From positions 2,848,001-2,912,000 of the forward strand of contig OY759746.1 in assembly GCA_963662795.1 (NCBI GenBank): a stretch of DNA of 64,000 nt, given 5' to 3'. Source of the stretch: Spirochaetia bacterium (GTDB lineage Bacteria > Spirochaetota > Spirochaetia > CADAEX01). A program made the translations under genes and the position numbers. This document shows, piece after piece, positions 9,276 through 19,171 of the stretch. Within the stretch, counting starts at the first letter, position 1, and every line of letters begins with the position of its first letter. The notes below the pieces were generated by a model. That model searched no databases. It had not been told where the DNA came from and saw nothing but the letters and a program-made list of their open reading frames with translations.

Positions 9276-10448
9276 TCAGGGGTTACTTTTATCAATCAGT
9301 GTCGCCTTGAAAACTTTAAGTCCGGGCTTTTTTTTTGATAAAGCCTGGACTGCTTTTTCAACTTCCCTTTTTTTTGAATAACTGTTTTCAAAAAGATCAA
9401 GCTGTTCCCCCTTTTCTTCCCCTTCCAGCGACATTAAAGCAGCTCCTATAAGTCTGACCGGTTTTGACCTGTCAAGCCTGGATTCGAGAAGTTCCTGCAG
9501 TGCCATGTATATTTCATCAGAGCACATAATTTTGGCCTTAATGGTCTTCCGGGCTGTTATTGATTCAAAATCATGATATTTTATCTTGATTGCGGTAGTT
9601 CTTGATGAACAGCCTGTTTCCATCAGTCTGAACATCAGCTGCTGCGATATATCAAGCAGTTCTTTTTTCAGAATCCTGATATCAATAATGTCTTTATCAA
9701 ATGTTGTTTCACTGCTTATGGATCTGCTTTTGGGGCAATTGTTCCAGATACCGGGATCTTCGCCTCTTACGGTTTTATAGATATATTCTGCAGCATTATC
9801 ACCCAGCATTCCAATGAGCATTTTTTTCGAGTAGGACCTCAGCTGCCTGACATCCGATATGCCAAGTTCGTGTAACCTTCGGAGCATTTTTTTCCCTACT
9901 CCCCACAGATCTTTTAATTTAACAGAATCGAGAAATTGAATTTCTTTCCCCTTTTCTATTTGGTAAAGACCGTCAGGCTTTCCGTATTCCGATGCAAGTT
10001 TTGCAAGCATTCTGTTTTCTGCTATTCCGACAGAGATAGTAAGACCTGTTTTTTCTCTTATTTCTGCTTTGAGTTTTACAGCGGCTTCAACCGGAGTCCC
10101 GAAAATAAGGCTGGTCCCTGTCATGTCGAGGTAGGCTTCATCAATCGAAACCTTGTTTACAACAGGAGAAAAAGACTGCAGAATTTCCATAATACTTCTG
10201 GATACAGACATATATCTATTCATTCTTACTGGAACAAAAATACAATCCGGACACCTCTTTTTTGCTTCCCCTGCAGGCATTGCCGAACGCACTCCGTAAA
10301 CCCGGGCTTCATAGGAACATGTTGAGACAACTCCTCTGATTCCGGTCCCGCCGACAACAACAGGTTTTCCCCTTAATTCAGGGTTATCCAGCTGTTCTAC
10401 CGCAGCATAAAACGCATCCATATCAACATGAAAGAAAACATTATCCAT
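9276..10448 (-). CDS. dinB: DNA polymerase IV
   Basis: HVDMDAFYAAVE, STCSYEAR, SIDEAYLD, KPDG; clamp motif QLDLF near the C-terminus. Confidence 0.96.
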   Translation of the reverse strand: MDNVFFHVDMDAFYAAVEQLDNPELRGKPVVVGGTGIRGVVSTCSYEARVYGVRSAMPAGEAKKRCPDCIFVPVRMNRYMSVSRSIMEILQSFSPVVNKVSIDEAYLDMTGTSLIFGTPVEAAVKLKAEIREKTGLTISVGIAENRMLAKLASEYGKPDGLYQIEKGKEIQFLDSVKLKDLWGVGKKMLRRLHELGISDVRQLRSYSKKMLIGMLGDNAAEYIYKTVRGEDPGIWNNCPKSRSISSETTFDKDIIDIRILKKELLDISQQLMFRLMETGCSSRTTAIKIKYHDFESITARKTIKAKIMCSDEIYMALQELLESRLDRSKPVRLIGAALMSLEGEEKGEQLDLFENSYSKKREVEKAVQALSKKKPGLKVFKATLIDKSNP

Positions 10449-12675
10449 AAATGCTCTTTTTTAATATTACCTGTTTTCTGAATTCCATATTATCCCCTGA
10501 CAGTTCCATTTCAACAGGCGGTTCTTTATAAATAAGGTTTATCGAGAACCAGAGGACTGTATCACTGTCTGTGAGGATATCAAGTGTAAGGGGAAATTCA
10601 GGATTGTCGCCGATATGGAATTCTCCTCCATCAAGGTTCTGGTTAAGTGTAAAAGGATAGTTACTGTCAAGAATTATGCTGTTCTCTTCAGTTGAAAATG
10701 TTATCTCAATTTTTTCAGGATTCCCGGCAGGAATAATATCAAGGACAATGTTTTTCCTGTCTAAAAACCATGATAGATTTTCCGTTACATCCAGCAGCTC
10801 CTCATCTGTTTTATTCAGATCAACAGAGAAGGAAATTTCCCTGTTATCTATTAAATAGCCGGTTCCATCTATTACAGCTTCTATTCGTCCGGTTTTTACG
10901 GGACTTGATATTTCAAGTTTCATTGCTTTGCTGTCAGTATCAACAATATTCACGGCAAGGACAGGCTGTTTCCTGTCTGCATAAAGATCTTTCATATAAT
11001 AACGGGAAGCAAGAGTGAGTAATGATAATAAAGTGGCTGCATAGATTGATCTTCTCAATAATCTGTATCTAAACGATTCGATATGGGTCTGTATAATAAG
11101 AACACGGAGTATCATCATGATCATGGGGAGAAGTATTGCGGCAATAAGAAGATTCCCGAATAATTTGTCTGTGATGAGAATATTGCACAGGTTGAGGGCG
11201 GGAACGCTGAATATATACTGAACAATATCATATATCAGGTAATAAGAAATTATAATGCATAAGGTTTTAACTATTCTGCTGCCTGAAAATGAAAAAATAA
11301 TAATCCACATCAGTGCCCATAGCGCATAAAAAGAAAGTGTTATACTGATGAATTGAAACATCATAAGGTTTATCAGCATTATAAATATGGCGCTTGATGA
11401 ATAAAAACTTCCGACAGCAGGCAGTTTGATCTTCCTTAAAATAAAAAGTGAGGAAAAAAAGAATACTGATGCGGTAAGTATCTTGATAATAAAAACATTG
11501 AAAGGGGTTTCGATCCAAAGCAATCGCGAGCCTTTCAGGGAGACTATAAACTCGGTTGTAAAGGCAGCCAGAAGAAGAAAAATAAAGCACAGGAAAAAAA
11601 AGAACGGAATAACCCAAAAATGTCTGATTATTTTCACAAGATAGCGGGTCAGATTCTTACTGTATGAAACTGCAAAAACGCCGAAAAGCGCGATTATTCC
11701 AAGATACAGCAGAATAAATGACTTTTCATTAACGAAAAAATATCCGCCTTTAAATGGAGTAACTATATAGTTTCTTTCCCAGTTTTTTCCCGGAGTTGCC
11801 CCGGTCAGTGAGATGAAAAAGGATATTAATCTTTTTGTAAATTCTTCTTTCTCTATGGCGGGTGTTGCCGGTGTTTTTTCCCTTTTTACAGCTGAAGTTA
11901 AATAAAGTGAAGGGATATTATTTTTTACAAATATATCAGTTTGTGATTTTATGTCATAACCGGCCTTGAACAGTCTGTTTTTTCTGACATCAATAAAAAA
12001 ATCAATTTTTTTCTGCTCCATTATCTCTGAGGCCTGTTTCAGAAACCAGAAAGGGGCCTGTCCTGCATCTGTTGCACTTACAATCTCAATTATTTCATCA
12101 TATTTTTCAATATTTAAATAAATCAGGGAGGAGTCGGATTCAGAAAAATAATCCTGAAGAAATACAGCAGAACCTGTTTGTCTTTTTACATTGACCGCCT
12201 CTGAGAAAGGAACATCGCTGTAATGATAATAATCCTGATTCTGATCATATGATGAAAAATCCGCGCCTGTGAAAACAATTTTTATTGTTTTTTCAGGCAA
12301 ATCCATGTTGAATATTTCGCAAAGTGCAAGACCGGCTGCAACATTCAGCGAACTGTCGCCAAGATTATTAACAGGGATGATAATAATCAGATTGCTTTCA
12401 CTTTTTCCTGCGAAATCAACAATTATGTTGGATGCAAATGAATGCTGTCCCCTTACCGTATCCAGCGGCTGTTCAGAATAGAAAACAGAGAGATTATCAA
12501 GCCTTTCCCTTATGTGAAAATAAACTGCTTTTTCCCGGCTTGAGTTGTTATTGCATGGATAAAGCGCTTCAAAAAAAACAATATCTTTTTCAAAATTTTC
12601 AGACGGAAAATTTATGTTCTGACTGAATACCACGGCTGATGTAAAGATAAATAATAAAAATATAAAATTTTTCAT
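10441..12675 (-). CDS. Membrane protein with an N-terminal M28-peptidase-like extracytoplasmic domain (appears degenerate) and about 8 TM helices
   Basis: Signal peptide; M28-like strand order (NIIVDF, LIIIIP, IVFTGAD, IPSLYL); hydrophobic central block; overlaps the dinB start. Confidence 0.6.
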   Translation of the reverse strand: MKNFIFLLFIFTSAVVFSQNINFPSENFEKDIVFFEALYPCNNNSSREKAVYFHIRERLDNLSVFYSEQPLDTVRGQHSFASNIIVDFAGKSESNLIIIIPVNNLGDSSLNVAAGLALCEIFNMDLPEKTIKIVFTGADFSSYDQNQDYYHYSDVPFSEAVNVKRQTGSAVFLQDYFSESDSSLIYLNIEKYDEIIEIVSATDAGQAPFWFLKQASEIMEQKKIDFFIDVRKNRLFKAGYDIKSQTDIFVKNNIPSLYLTSAVKREKTPATPAIEKEEFTKRLISFFISLTGATPGKNWERNYIVTPFKGGYFFVNEKSFILLYLGIIALFGVFAVSYSKNLTRYLVKIIRHFWVIPFFFFLCFIFLLLAAFTTEFIVSLKGSRLLWIETPFNVFIIKILTASVFFFSSLFILRKIKLPAVGSFYSSSAIFIMLINLMMFQFISITLSFYALWALMWIIIFSFSGSRIVKTLCIIISYYLIYDIVQYIFSVPALNLCNILITDKLFGNLLIAAILLPMIMMILRVLIIQTHIESFRYRLLRRSIYAATLLSLLTLASRYYMKDLYADRKQPVLAVNIVDTDSKAMKLEISSPVKTGRIEAVIDGTGYLIDNREISFSVDLNKTDEELLDVTENLSWFLDRKNIVLDIIPAGNPEKIEITFSTEENSIILDSNYPFTLNQNLDGGEFHIGDNPEFPLTLDILTDSDTVLWFSINLIYKEPPVEMELSGDNMEFRKQVILKKSIYG

Positions 12676-12731
12676 CCTTAATAAGAGTATTTTATCATAT
12701 TTGAATCGTCAATCTGTCATAATAATATTCT

Positions 12732-12759
12732 TTGACTATAATAGGAAATGTGCTATAAT
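12732..12759 (+). promoter_or_regulatory. Sigma70 promoter (extended -10) for the nitroreductase gene
   Basis: TTGACT-16 nt-TATAAT with a TGn extension; ATG 11 nt downstream, no SD. Confidence 0.6.
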
Positions 12760-12770
12760 TTTCTTCAATT

Positions 12771-13280
12771 ATGGAATTATTAAAAGAAATAAATAACAGG
12801 ATCAGCTCCAGAAATTTTAAAGATAGTGCAATTGAAAAAGATATTGTCATGCGGATACTCGAAGCAGGCAGGATCGCGCCTTCCGCCAAAAACAGGCAGC
12901 CATGGAGATTTATCGTTATTGACAACAAGGTCTTAAAGGAGAAAATTGAGAAAGCCGCATACGGTCAGGAATATGTTGGTAACGCAGGTATAATTATTGC
13001 AGCATGTTCCACAAACATTGAGTATGACATGCCGAACGGCCAGCAGGCTTATCCGATTGATATTTCCATTGCAGTTTCTTTCATGATGATACAGGCAGAG
13101 CATGAAGGACTCGGAAGCTGCATTGTAACAACCTATGACGAGGCAGATGTCAAAGCCCTGCTTTCAGTGCCCTATTCCATGAGGGTTGTAATGCTGCTCC
13201 TGGTCGGCTATACAGATGACAAACTTATTGTAAGGGACAGGCAGTCTGTAAACCGTATTTCTGCCTTCAACCACTGGTAA
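12771..13280 (+). CDS. Nitroreductase family protein
   Basis: RISSRNF, APSAKNRQPWRF, AEHEGLGSC. Confidence 0.92.
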   Translation: MELLKEINNRISSRNFKDSAIEKDIVMRILEAGRIAPSAKNRQPWRFIVIDNKVLKEKIEKAAYGQEYVGNAGIIIAACSTNIEYDMPNGQQAYPIDISIAVSFMMIQAEHEGLGSCIVTTYDEADVKALLSVPYSMRVVMLLLVGYTDDKLIVRDRQSVNRISAFNHW

Positions 13281-13329
13281 AATAATTTAACCCTTTTGCT
13301 TCAGCAGGCAATCAGTATCTGCCTTTAAA

Positions 13330-14223
13330 TCAGAAAAAATATGTTATCTGGAATTCTTCAGCTATTTTAAAACCGAGATTAGTGTAAACCCTGATTGCCG
13401 CTTTGTTGTTTGTTTTAACAAAAAGTGAAGATTTCATTCCGGATTGCATTATTTTTTCGATCAAAAAACTTACGACTGAAGTAGAAATACCCATTCCCCT
13501 GTATTCCGGAAGTGTGTAAACTCCGCCGATCTGATAGAAACAAAACCCCTGCCCGTTTGTATTTGCCTTTGCAATAATCTTACCCGATTTTTCTGCGGCA
13601 ACAGTAATCTGTTCTTTCAGTACGGCTGCAAGGTGATGCGCAGTAACATAACTGTTGAACATTTCAGGGGAGGGGAGTACCTCTTCAATTTCATAATTTT
13701 CCTGCAGAGGAATAAGTCCGTAAAGATCATCAGCTGTTGCAGTCCGTATCCGCACTCCGCTGACAGTATTCCTCGATTTTTTAAATGCATCATTTTCCAG
13801 AGTCATTACAAAATAGCTGAAAGAATTTTTACCTTCCACTGCTGTTTTAGTACTGAATGATGATTTTAATATTTTTTCTACAGAAATTTTATCACCCATT
13901 ATCGTGTTGACTTTTATCAGTGAATTTCTGAAAAGATCAAGACCCTCACTGATATCAGGGAAATTGTTTTCTCCGGTTTGATGCTTCGAGACAGGGAAAA
14001 GCTGTCCGCTTTTTGTAAGCATAATTGCGCTGTCAACTGTTCTATTGTCCCGTTTTTTATGGATTATAATATCATCGTTGTTTGTAAAAAGCCGGTTCCT
14101 GATTGTTCCTTCCAGATGTTTTTTCCTGAAAGATGATGCGAAATTAATACAGCAGTATTCCCTTGACCGCAGAAAAACACTTAAATTTTCTGTATCATGC
14201 TGAAGAAAATATGACCAGGGCAT
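13330..14223 (-). CDS. GNAT family N-acetyltransferase
   Basis: C-terminal QIGGVYTLPEYRGMGIS (acetyl-CoA motif A) and NKAAIRVYTNLGF. Confidence 0.88.
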   Translation of the reverse strand: MPWSYFLQHDTENLSVFLRSREYCCINFASSFRKKHLEGTIRNRLFTNNDDIIIHKKRDNRTVDSAIMLTKSGQLFPVSKHQTGENNFPDISEGLDLFRNSLIKVNTIMGDKISVEKILKSSFSTKTAVEGKNSFSYFVMTLENDAFKKSRNTVSGVRIRTATADDLYGLIPLQENYEIEEVLPSPEMFNSYVTAHHLAAVLKEQITVAAEKSGKIIAKANTNGQGFCFYQIGGVYTLPEYRGMGISTSVVSFLIEKIMQSGMKSSLFVKTNNKAAIRVYTNLGFKIAEEFQITYFF

Positions 14224-14224
14224 A

Positions 14225-15979
14225 TTACCTGTTACCGCTTAAGATAATCGGCAGTTTCCCCTCTGGAATGAAATCTCCTGCTATTGCCGCAAACCCGGCT
14301 GTGAATGATTCCCTGCCGGTACCGTAGACAGCAACACCTGAATCAAGCCATCCTGAATTTTCCAGGTATGCCGGGGAGAGTACAGACATGGCAATTACCC
14401 TGTTTTTTTTCCCTTCAAGGGTTTCAAGATACTGTGTCCCTGCAGGATTTGATACGCAGAATATAATCAGATCATAGCCTTCAGATGCTGAAGAAAAAGA
14501 GCTGATATCTTCACCGGCTGCTGAATAAAACGGATTATACGGGAAATAGTATGTATCCGCCTGGGGAAATCTCTTCAGTCCTTCCTCAAAAAAAAGACGG
14601 TGCGGTCCTGCAAGAAGTATTTTTTCTCCTTTTTGCGGTTTTTTCAGCGGCCTGTCTTCATAAATAAGTGTAACACTTCTGAATGCCTGCTGGCGGAAAA
14701 AAGCTTCGGCATCTTCAGACGGTATTGAAGATACATTCCTCTCTTTTTCCGAACCGGGAGTTTTTTCCCCAATTGAGAGGTATTGGTTTTTTGTCTTTAA
14801 TATCCGCCTTACACTTTCCCTGATCTGTTTTTCAAACTCCCTGTCGTTTTTAATTTCATTTATTATTCTGTTTCTTATATTCTCATAATCAGATAGATCA
14901 CGGGAAACCATAATCATGTCATTTCCGGCTTTAAGTGCGGAAAGACAGCTTTCGGTAATACTGCTCATTGATAAAGCCCCGTTCATCTGCATGTCATCTG
15001 TTATAATAATTCCATTGAAACCCATCTCTCCGCGCAGTATCTTTTTCAGCAGGAATGGAGAAAGAGACGCAGGGGAGTTATCACCTGTTATTTCAGGAAA
15101 TGCAAGATGTCCGCTCATTACTGCCGGGAGCTCTTCCCTTATTAAAAAATCATAGGGGAGCAGATCTGTGGATCTTATCTCTTCAAGTGTTGCATTTATT
15201 ACCGGAAGTTTGCCGTGGGAATCATCTTCTGTTCTTCCGTGGCCGGGAAAATGTTTTGCTGTGCATATAATTCCTGATTTCTTCATTCCGTTTACAAAAG
15301 CAGCTGCAAGCACTGCTGTTTTAAGAGGATTATCTGAAAAAGCTCTCGGTCCTATAACGTTGGCCTCATGATTTGTAAGGACATCCACTGTAGGTGCAAA
15401 ATTCATGTTTATCCCTATGGTTTTAAGTTCTCTGCCTATATACATGCCTGTCAAATATGAATCATTAATTATTTGTGAGGCGCCGAGCGACATGTTTCCT
15501 GCTGTGATGGATGAATTGCCCTTTATGTGGCGGACCCATCCCCCTTCCTGGTCTGTAGCAATAAAAAGCGGTATTTTATATTCCGACTCAGCGGATGCAC
15601 TCTGCATCTCTTTAATGCTTCTGCTCAGGGTATAAAGATTGTCGGCATTCCATCCGAATATTTTTATTCCGCCTATGCTTTTATTTTTTATCCATGAAAT
15701 AACTTCAGGGGACGGCTCATTACCCGTATACCCGATCATCATCACCTGGCCTGCAAGCTGGGAAGGGCCCATTTTCTCTGCAATTGCTGAGTATTTCTCT
15801 TCTTCCGCTGAAAAAGTGGTGAAGGAGGAAGATTCGTTTCTTTCAGCAGGGCTGCTGCCTGCAGAATCAATAAGGGAAACTTTTTTCCTGTTGAGATTTT
15901 CCGAGTAAAGTTTTAACCCTGCCGCCGCTGCCAGCAGCAGAATAAGGAATCCATATAATCTTAATTTTGTTATATTCAT
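14225..15979 (-). CDS. nagZ: GH3 beta-N-acetylhexosaminidase, N-terminally anchored
   Basis: ATDQEGG, NFAPTVD, KHFPGHG...DSH (NagZ His/Asp dyad), ITDDM nucleophile. Confidence 0.88.
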   Translation of the reverse strand: MNITKLRLYGFLILLLAAAAGLKLYSENLNRKKVSLIDSAGSSPAERNESSSFTTFSAEEEKYSAIAEKMGPSQLAGQVMMIGYTGNEPSPEVISWIKNKSIGGIKIFGWNADNLYTLSRSIKEMQSASAESEYKIPLFIATDQEGGWVRHIKGNSSITAGNMSLGASQIINDSYLTGMYIGRELKTIGINMNFAPTVDVLTNHEANVIGPRAFSDNPLKTAVLAAAFVNGMKKSGIICTAKHFPGHGRTEDDSHGKLPVINATLEEIRSTDLLPYDFLIREELPAVMSGHLAFPEITGDNSPASLSPFLLKKILRGEMGFNGIIITDDMQMNGALSMSSITESCLSALKAGNDMIMVSRDLSDYENIRNRIINEIKNDREFEKQIRESVRRILKTKNQYLSIGEKTPGSEKERNVSSIPSEDAEAFFRQQAFRSVTLIYEDRPLKKPQKGEKILLAGPHRLFFEEGLKRFPQADTYYFPYNPFYSAAGEDISSFSSASEGYDLIIFCVSNPAGTQYLETLEGKKNRVIAMSVLSPAYLENSGWLDSGVAVYGTGRESFTAGFAAIAGDFIPEGKLPIILSGNR

Positions 15980-16005
15980 TTCTTCCCCGGATATAAGGCT
16001 GCCTC

Positions 16006-16938
16006 TCAGTTATAAGCATTCCCTTTCAGTTCATCAATAAGAAGGGCTGCTGAATGAGCCGCAATAGCTCCGTCTCCGCATGATACAATTATCTGTCTGA
16101 AAGGGGTATCCCTTACATCGCCGGCAGCAAAAAGTCCTTTAATGGATGTTTCCATATTACAGTCAACAATTACAAAACCTGCCTCATCTTTTGAGACATC
16201 GGGTAATACCTTTGTCTGGGGAAGAGAGCCGATAAAAATGAAAACTGCGTCGAACTCTTCCTCATACCTTTTCCCGTCTGTTGTCTCAAGAACAACTTTT
16301 TCTACTTTCGCAGTACCTTTTATCTCCCTGCATTCCGTGTTAAATCTTATTTCTATGTTTTTGTTTTTTTCAACCCTTTCCGCAAGCGCTTTCTGGGCCC
16401 TGAACCTCTCTTTTCTGTGTATCATTACAACCTTGTCTGTGAGTTTTGAAAGATATGTTGCCTCATCACAGGCAGCATCTCCTCCGCCTACTACAAGTAT
16501 TTTTTTATTCTTGAAAAAAGGACCGTCGCAGGTTGCGCAGTATGACACCCCTCTGCCTGAAAATTCGTCTTCGCCTTTGACCATGAGTTTTTTGTGCTTT
16601 GCCCCTGTTGCGACAATAACTGCATAGCTTGTATGTTCACCGGAATCAGTAATTACATGGAAAATATTACCTTTTTTCTCAATTTTCGTTACACTTTCAT
16701 TTATAATTTCCGCACCGAATTTCAATGCCTGCTTTTCCATATCATCGGAAAGCTTCATTCCGCTTATCGGTTCTTTGAATCCGGGATAATTTTCAAGATC
16801 ATTTATGAGCAAAACCTGCCCTCCGCTGCCCATCTCTTCAATCAACAGGGTTTTTAAATTACCTCTTGCGCTGTACTGGGCGGCTGTAAGCCCTGCAGGG
16901 CCCCCTCCGATGATGATGATGTCTTTTTCTGCGTTCAT
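16006..16938 (-). CDS. trxB: Thioredoxin-disulfide reductase
   Basis: GGGPAG, CATCDG, GGGDAA, AAGDV; start moved to MNAEK (16938). Confidence 0.96.
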   Translation of the reverse strand: MNAEKDIIIIGGGPAGLTAAQYSARGNLKTLLIEEMGSGGQVLLINDLENYPGFKEPISGMKLSDDMEKQALKFGAEIINESVTKIEKKGNIFHVITDSGEHTSYAVIVATGAKHKKLMVKGEDEFSGRGVSYCATCDGPFFKNKKILVVGGGDAACDEATYLSKLTDKVVMIHRKERFRAQKALAERVEKNKNIEIRFNTECREIKGTAKVEKVVLETTDGKRYEEEFDAVFIFIGSLPQTKVLPDVSKDEAGFVIVDCNMETSIKGLFAAGDVRDTPFRQIIVSCGDGAIAAHSAALLIDELKGNAYN

Positions 16939-17049
16939 TCCAGGCTCCTTGATTTTTTTCTGCTGCGGCAAAATAGCTTCAGCAACTGTGTTTTAAAGTT
17001 TGAGTTTTTTTATTATACTATGGGTATAAGATAACATTACAGACAATTT

Positions 17050-18564
17050 ATGCAAATATTAAAACTGAAAAGAGCACGATTCATTAATACTTTTTACCTC
17101 ATTTTTTCACTTCTTACGGTATCATCCTTAACGGCAGATGCCTTTTCCAGGCCGTATCCTTATGCAGACGGAGTTCCATTTGAACAGAGGAACGATCCAG
17201 CTGTCTTTACCCCGGACCCTGATGCTGTTGCTGCTTCGCAGATATCAGGTATGGATCACCGGCTTTTTTTCCGGTATGCCCTCAGGTTTTCAGGAGTTAA
17301 AACAGCAGATACTGAAAAATATATTGAAAAATATGATTCTCTGGCAAAAGAGTTTGATGATTATCTGGCAAAATCCGGCAGCAACACAGGTAACGCTGCG
17401 GATAACTATAATACAGGCGGGGAACTGCTGGTTTTTCTTCATGAAAAATTGCTGAAAAGATATTCCGAGATGGAAACCAGGCTTGATGTTCTTCTTGATA
17501 AAGGGATTTTCAACTGCGTATCTTCAGGAATTATCTATTATGCCCTTGCTCTGCGCAGCAATCTTGATGTAACAGGAATAAGAACAAGCGACCATGCCTT
17601 TTGCGCTGTTGTAATCCCCGGAAAAACAGTTGATGTAGAAACTACAACAAAATACGGTTTTGATCCGGGGGAAAAAAAGGAATTTACAGATTCATTCGGA
17701 AAAACAGGTTTTATTTATACCCCTCCGGCAAATTACAGAGACAGGAGGGAAATATCGCAGCAGGAATTCCTTGCCCTTATTCTTCAGAACAGAATTTCAG
17801 AACTGCAGCATAAAGCCAATTACTATGATACGCTGCCCCTTGCCGTGGACCGCTATGCCCTTCTTGGGACAGATGAAGCATATGACGATATGATGAGGGA
17901 ATTTAAAAATCATGCGGTTGAACTGGGCAACAGGAAAGAATACGGAAAAGCAGTCAGTTTCCTGTCAGCCGCAGTTTCCCGGTACGGGGATCATCCTGTA
18001 ATTTCTGATGCGGCAGGAAAGCTTTTTTACAATCAGATAGTTTTTTTTATTGAAGAAGGACGGACTGAAAAGGCCGAAGATTTCTACAGATATTTTTCTG
18101 CAGAGCCCCTGATCAGCGGCCGTATTCTTGAAGATTCGCAGAAAGTAATAAATGAAAAAAAACTTTATTATTTTGTTATGGAAAAGAATTTTACCGATTC
18201 CCATAAAGAAATTCTCATGTATCATGCCAATAATCTCATCAGCATCAGGGAAAAACAGGAATATCTGGTTTTTATCTATTCCAGGGAAATACAGCGGCTT
18301 TTTTCCGAAGATGAATGGATTTCAGCACTGGATCTGGCAGCAGCTGCTGCAGAAGAAACAGAAAATGATTCAAGAATACTCAAGCTTGTTGAGACAGTTG
18401 AATTCAACCTTGGGATTGTGTATCACAATCAATTTGTTGCGCATTACAACAGCGGCGCTTTTGAAAAAGCCCGCACTGTTCTTGAAGAAGGCCTTTCTAT
18501 AGTTCCTGATAATAAAACGCTGCTGTCTGATCTCAGTCTCCTTAAAAAAAGCAATAATAAATAA
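17050..18564 (+). CDS. Exported protein with a transglutaminase-like (Cys-His-Asp) core and a C-terminal TPR-like helical region
   Basis: Signal peptide; FNCVSS, DHAFC, DVETT; helical repeats at the C-terminus. Confidence 0.6.
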   Translation: MQILKLKRARFINTFYLIFSLLTVSSLTADAFSRPYPYADGVPFEQRNDPAVFTPDPDAVAASQISGMDHRLFFRYALRFSGVKTADTEKYIEKYDSLAKEFDDYLAKSGSNTGNAADNYNTGGELLVFLHEKLLKRYSEMETRLDVLLDKGIFNCVSSGIIYYALALRSNLDVTGIRTSDHAFCAVVIPGKTVDVETTTKYGFDPGEKKEFTDSFGKTGFIYTPPANYRDRREISQQEFLALILQNRISELQHKANYYDTLPLAVDRYALLGTDEAYDDMMREFKNHAVELGNRKEYGKAVSFLSAAVSRYGDHPVISDAAGKLFYNQIVFFIEEGRTEKAEDFYRYFSAEPLISGRILEDSQKVINEKKLYYFVMEKNFTDSHKEILMYHANNLISIREKQEYLVFIYSREIQRLFSEDEWISALDLAAAAAEETENDSRILKLVETVEFNLGIVYHNQFVAHYNSGAFEKARTVLEEGLSIVPDNKTLLSDLSLLKKSNNK

Positions 18565-18592
18565 TAACCCTCTATACACCCCTTCTTTTTCA

Positions 18593-18619
18593 TAATAATC
18601 CTTCAGAAAATTCCGATAA
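18593..18619 (+). promoter_or_regulatory. Putative sigma28 (FliA) promoter for flgN-flgK-flgL-fliW-csrA
   Basis: TAAT-15 nt-TCCGATAA versus consensus TAAA-N15-GCCGATAA. Confidence 0.55.
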
Positions 18620-18653
18620 TCAAGCAAAAGGCTTTAGCCTGATTACGGGAGTT

Positions 18654-19157
18654 GTGATGACATTGGAAGAATATTCTGAAAATCTGGAAAAATGCATGAT
18701 CGCCCAGCTTGAACTTTTCAGGGATTTTTATTCCTCGGAAGAGAGGATAAGACAGCACATTGTCCTTAAAAACTGGCCTGAACTTGACAGGGAACTTATT
18801 GGAATTCAGAAATATGCGGATAAAATAGACAAAGCAGAGACAGAAAGGTCAAAAATATATCAGGCAATGAAACTTTACTGCAGTGATGACCGGACAGAAA
18901 GCTTTTATGCCTTTGTTTCAAGATATTGTCCCGACAGGAGCGCTTCTCTTACTTCCCTTTACAGGGATCTTAAAATCAGCGTCATGAAGGTGAAAACACT
19001 CACCCTGAGGATTGATGCCTATCTTTCCACAGTAACCAGTGCTGTAAGAAAGGTTCTTGATGAAGCTTTTCCGATGAGGAAGGGGACAATTTATGACAAT
19101 AAAGGGGTTAACAGGAGCGCTTCTGATCCCCCGTTTGTTCTGGACAGACAGCTTTAG
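18654..19157 (+). CDS. flgN: Flagellar export chaperone FlgN
   Basis: Helical, about 165 aa, directly upstream of flgK; C-terminal GTIYDNKG motif. Confidence 0.75.
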   Translation: MMTLEEYSENLEKCMIAQLELFRDFYSSEERIRQHIVLKNWPELDRELIGIQKYADKIDKAETERSKIYQAMKLYCSDDRTESFYAFVSRYCPDRSASLTSLYRDLKISVMKVKTLTLRIDAYLSTVTSAVRKVLDEAFPMRKGTIYDNKGVNRSASDPPFVLDRQL

Positions 19158-19171
19158 ATAAGGAGAGATAT

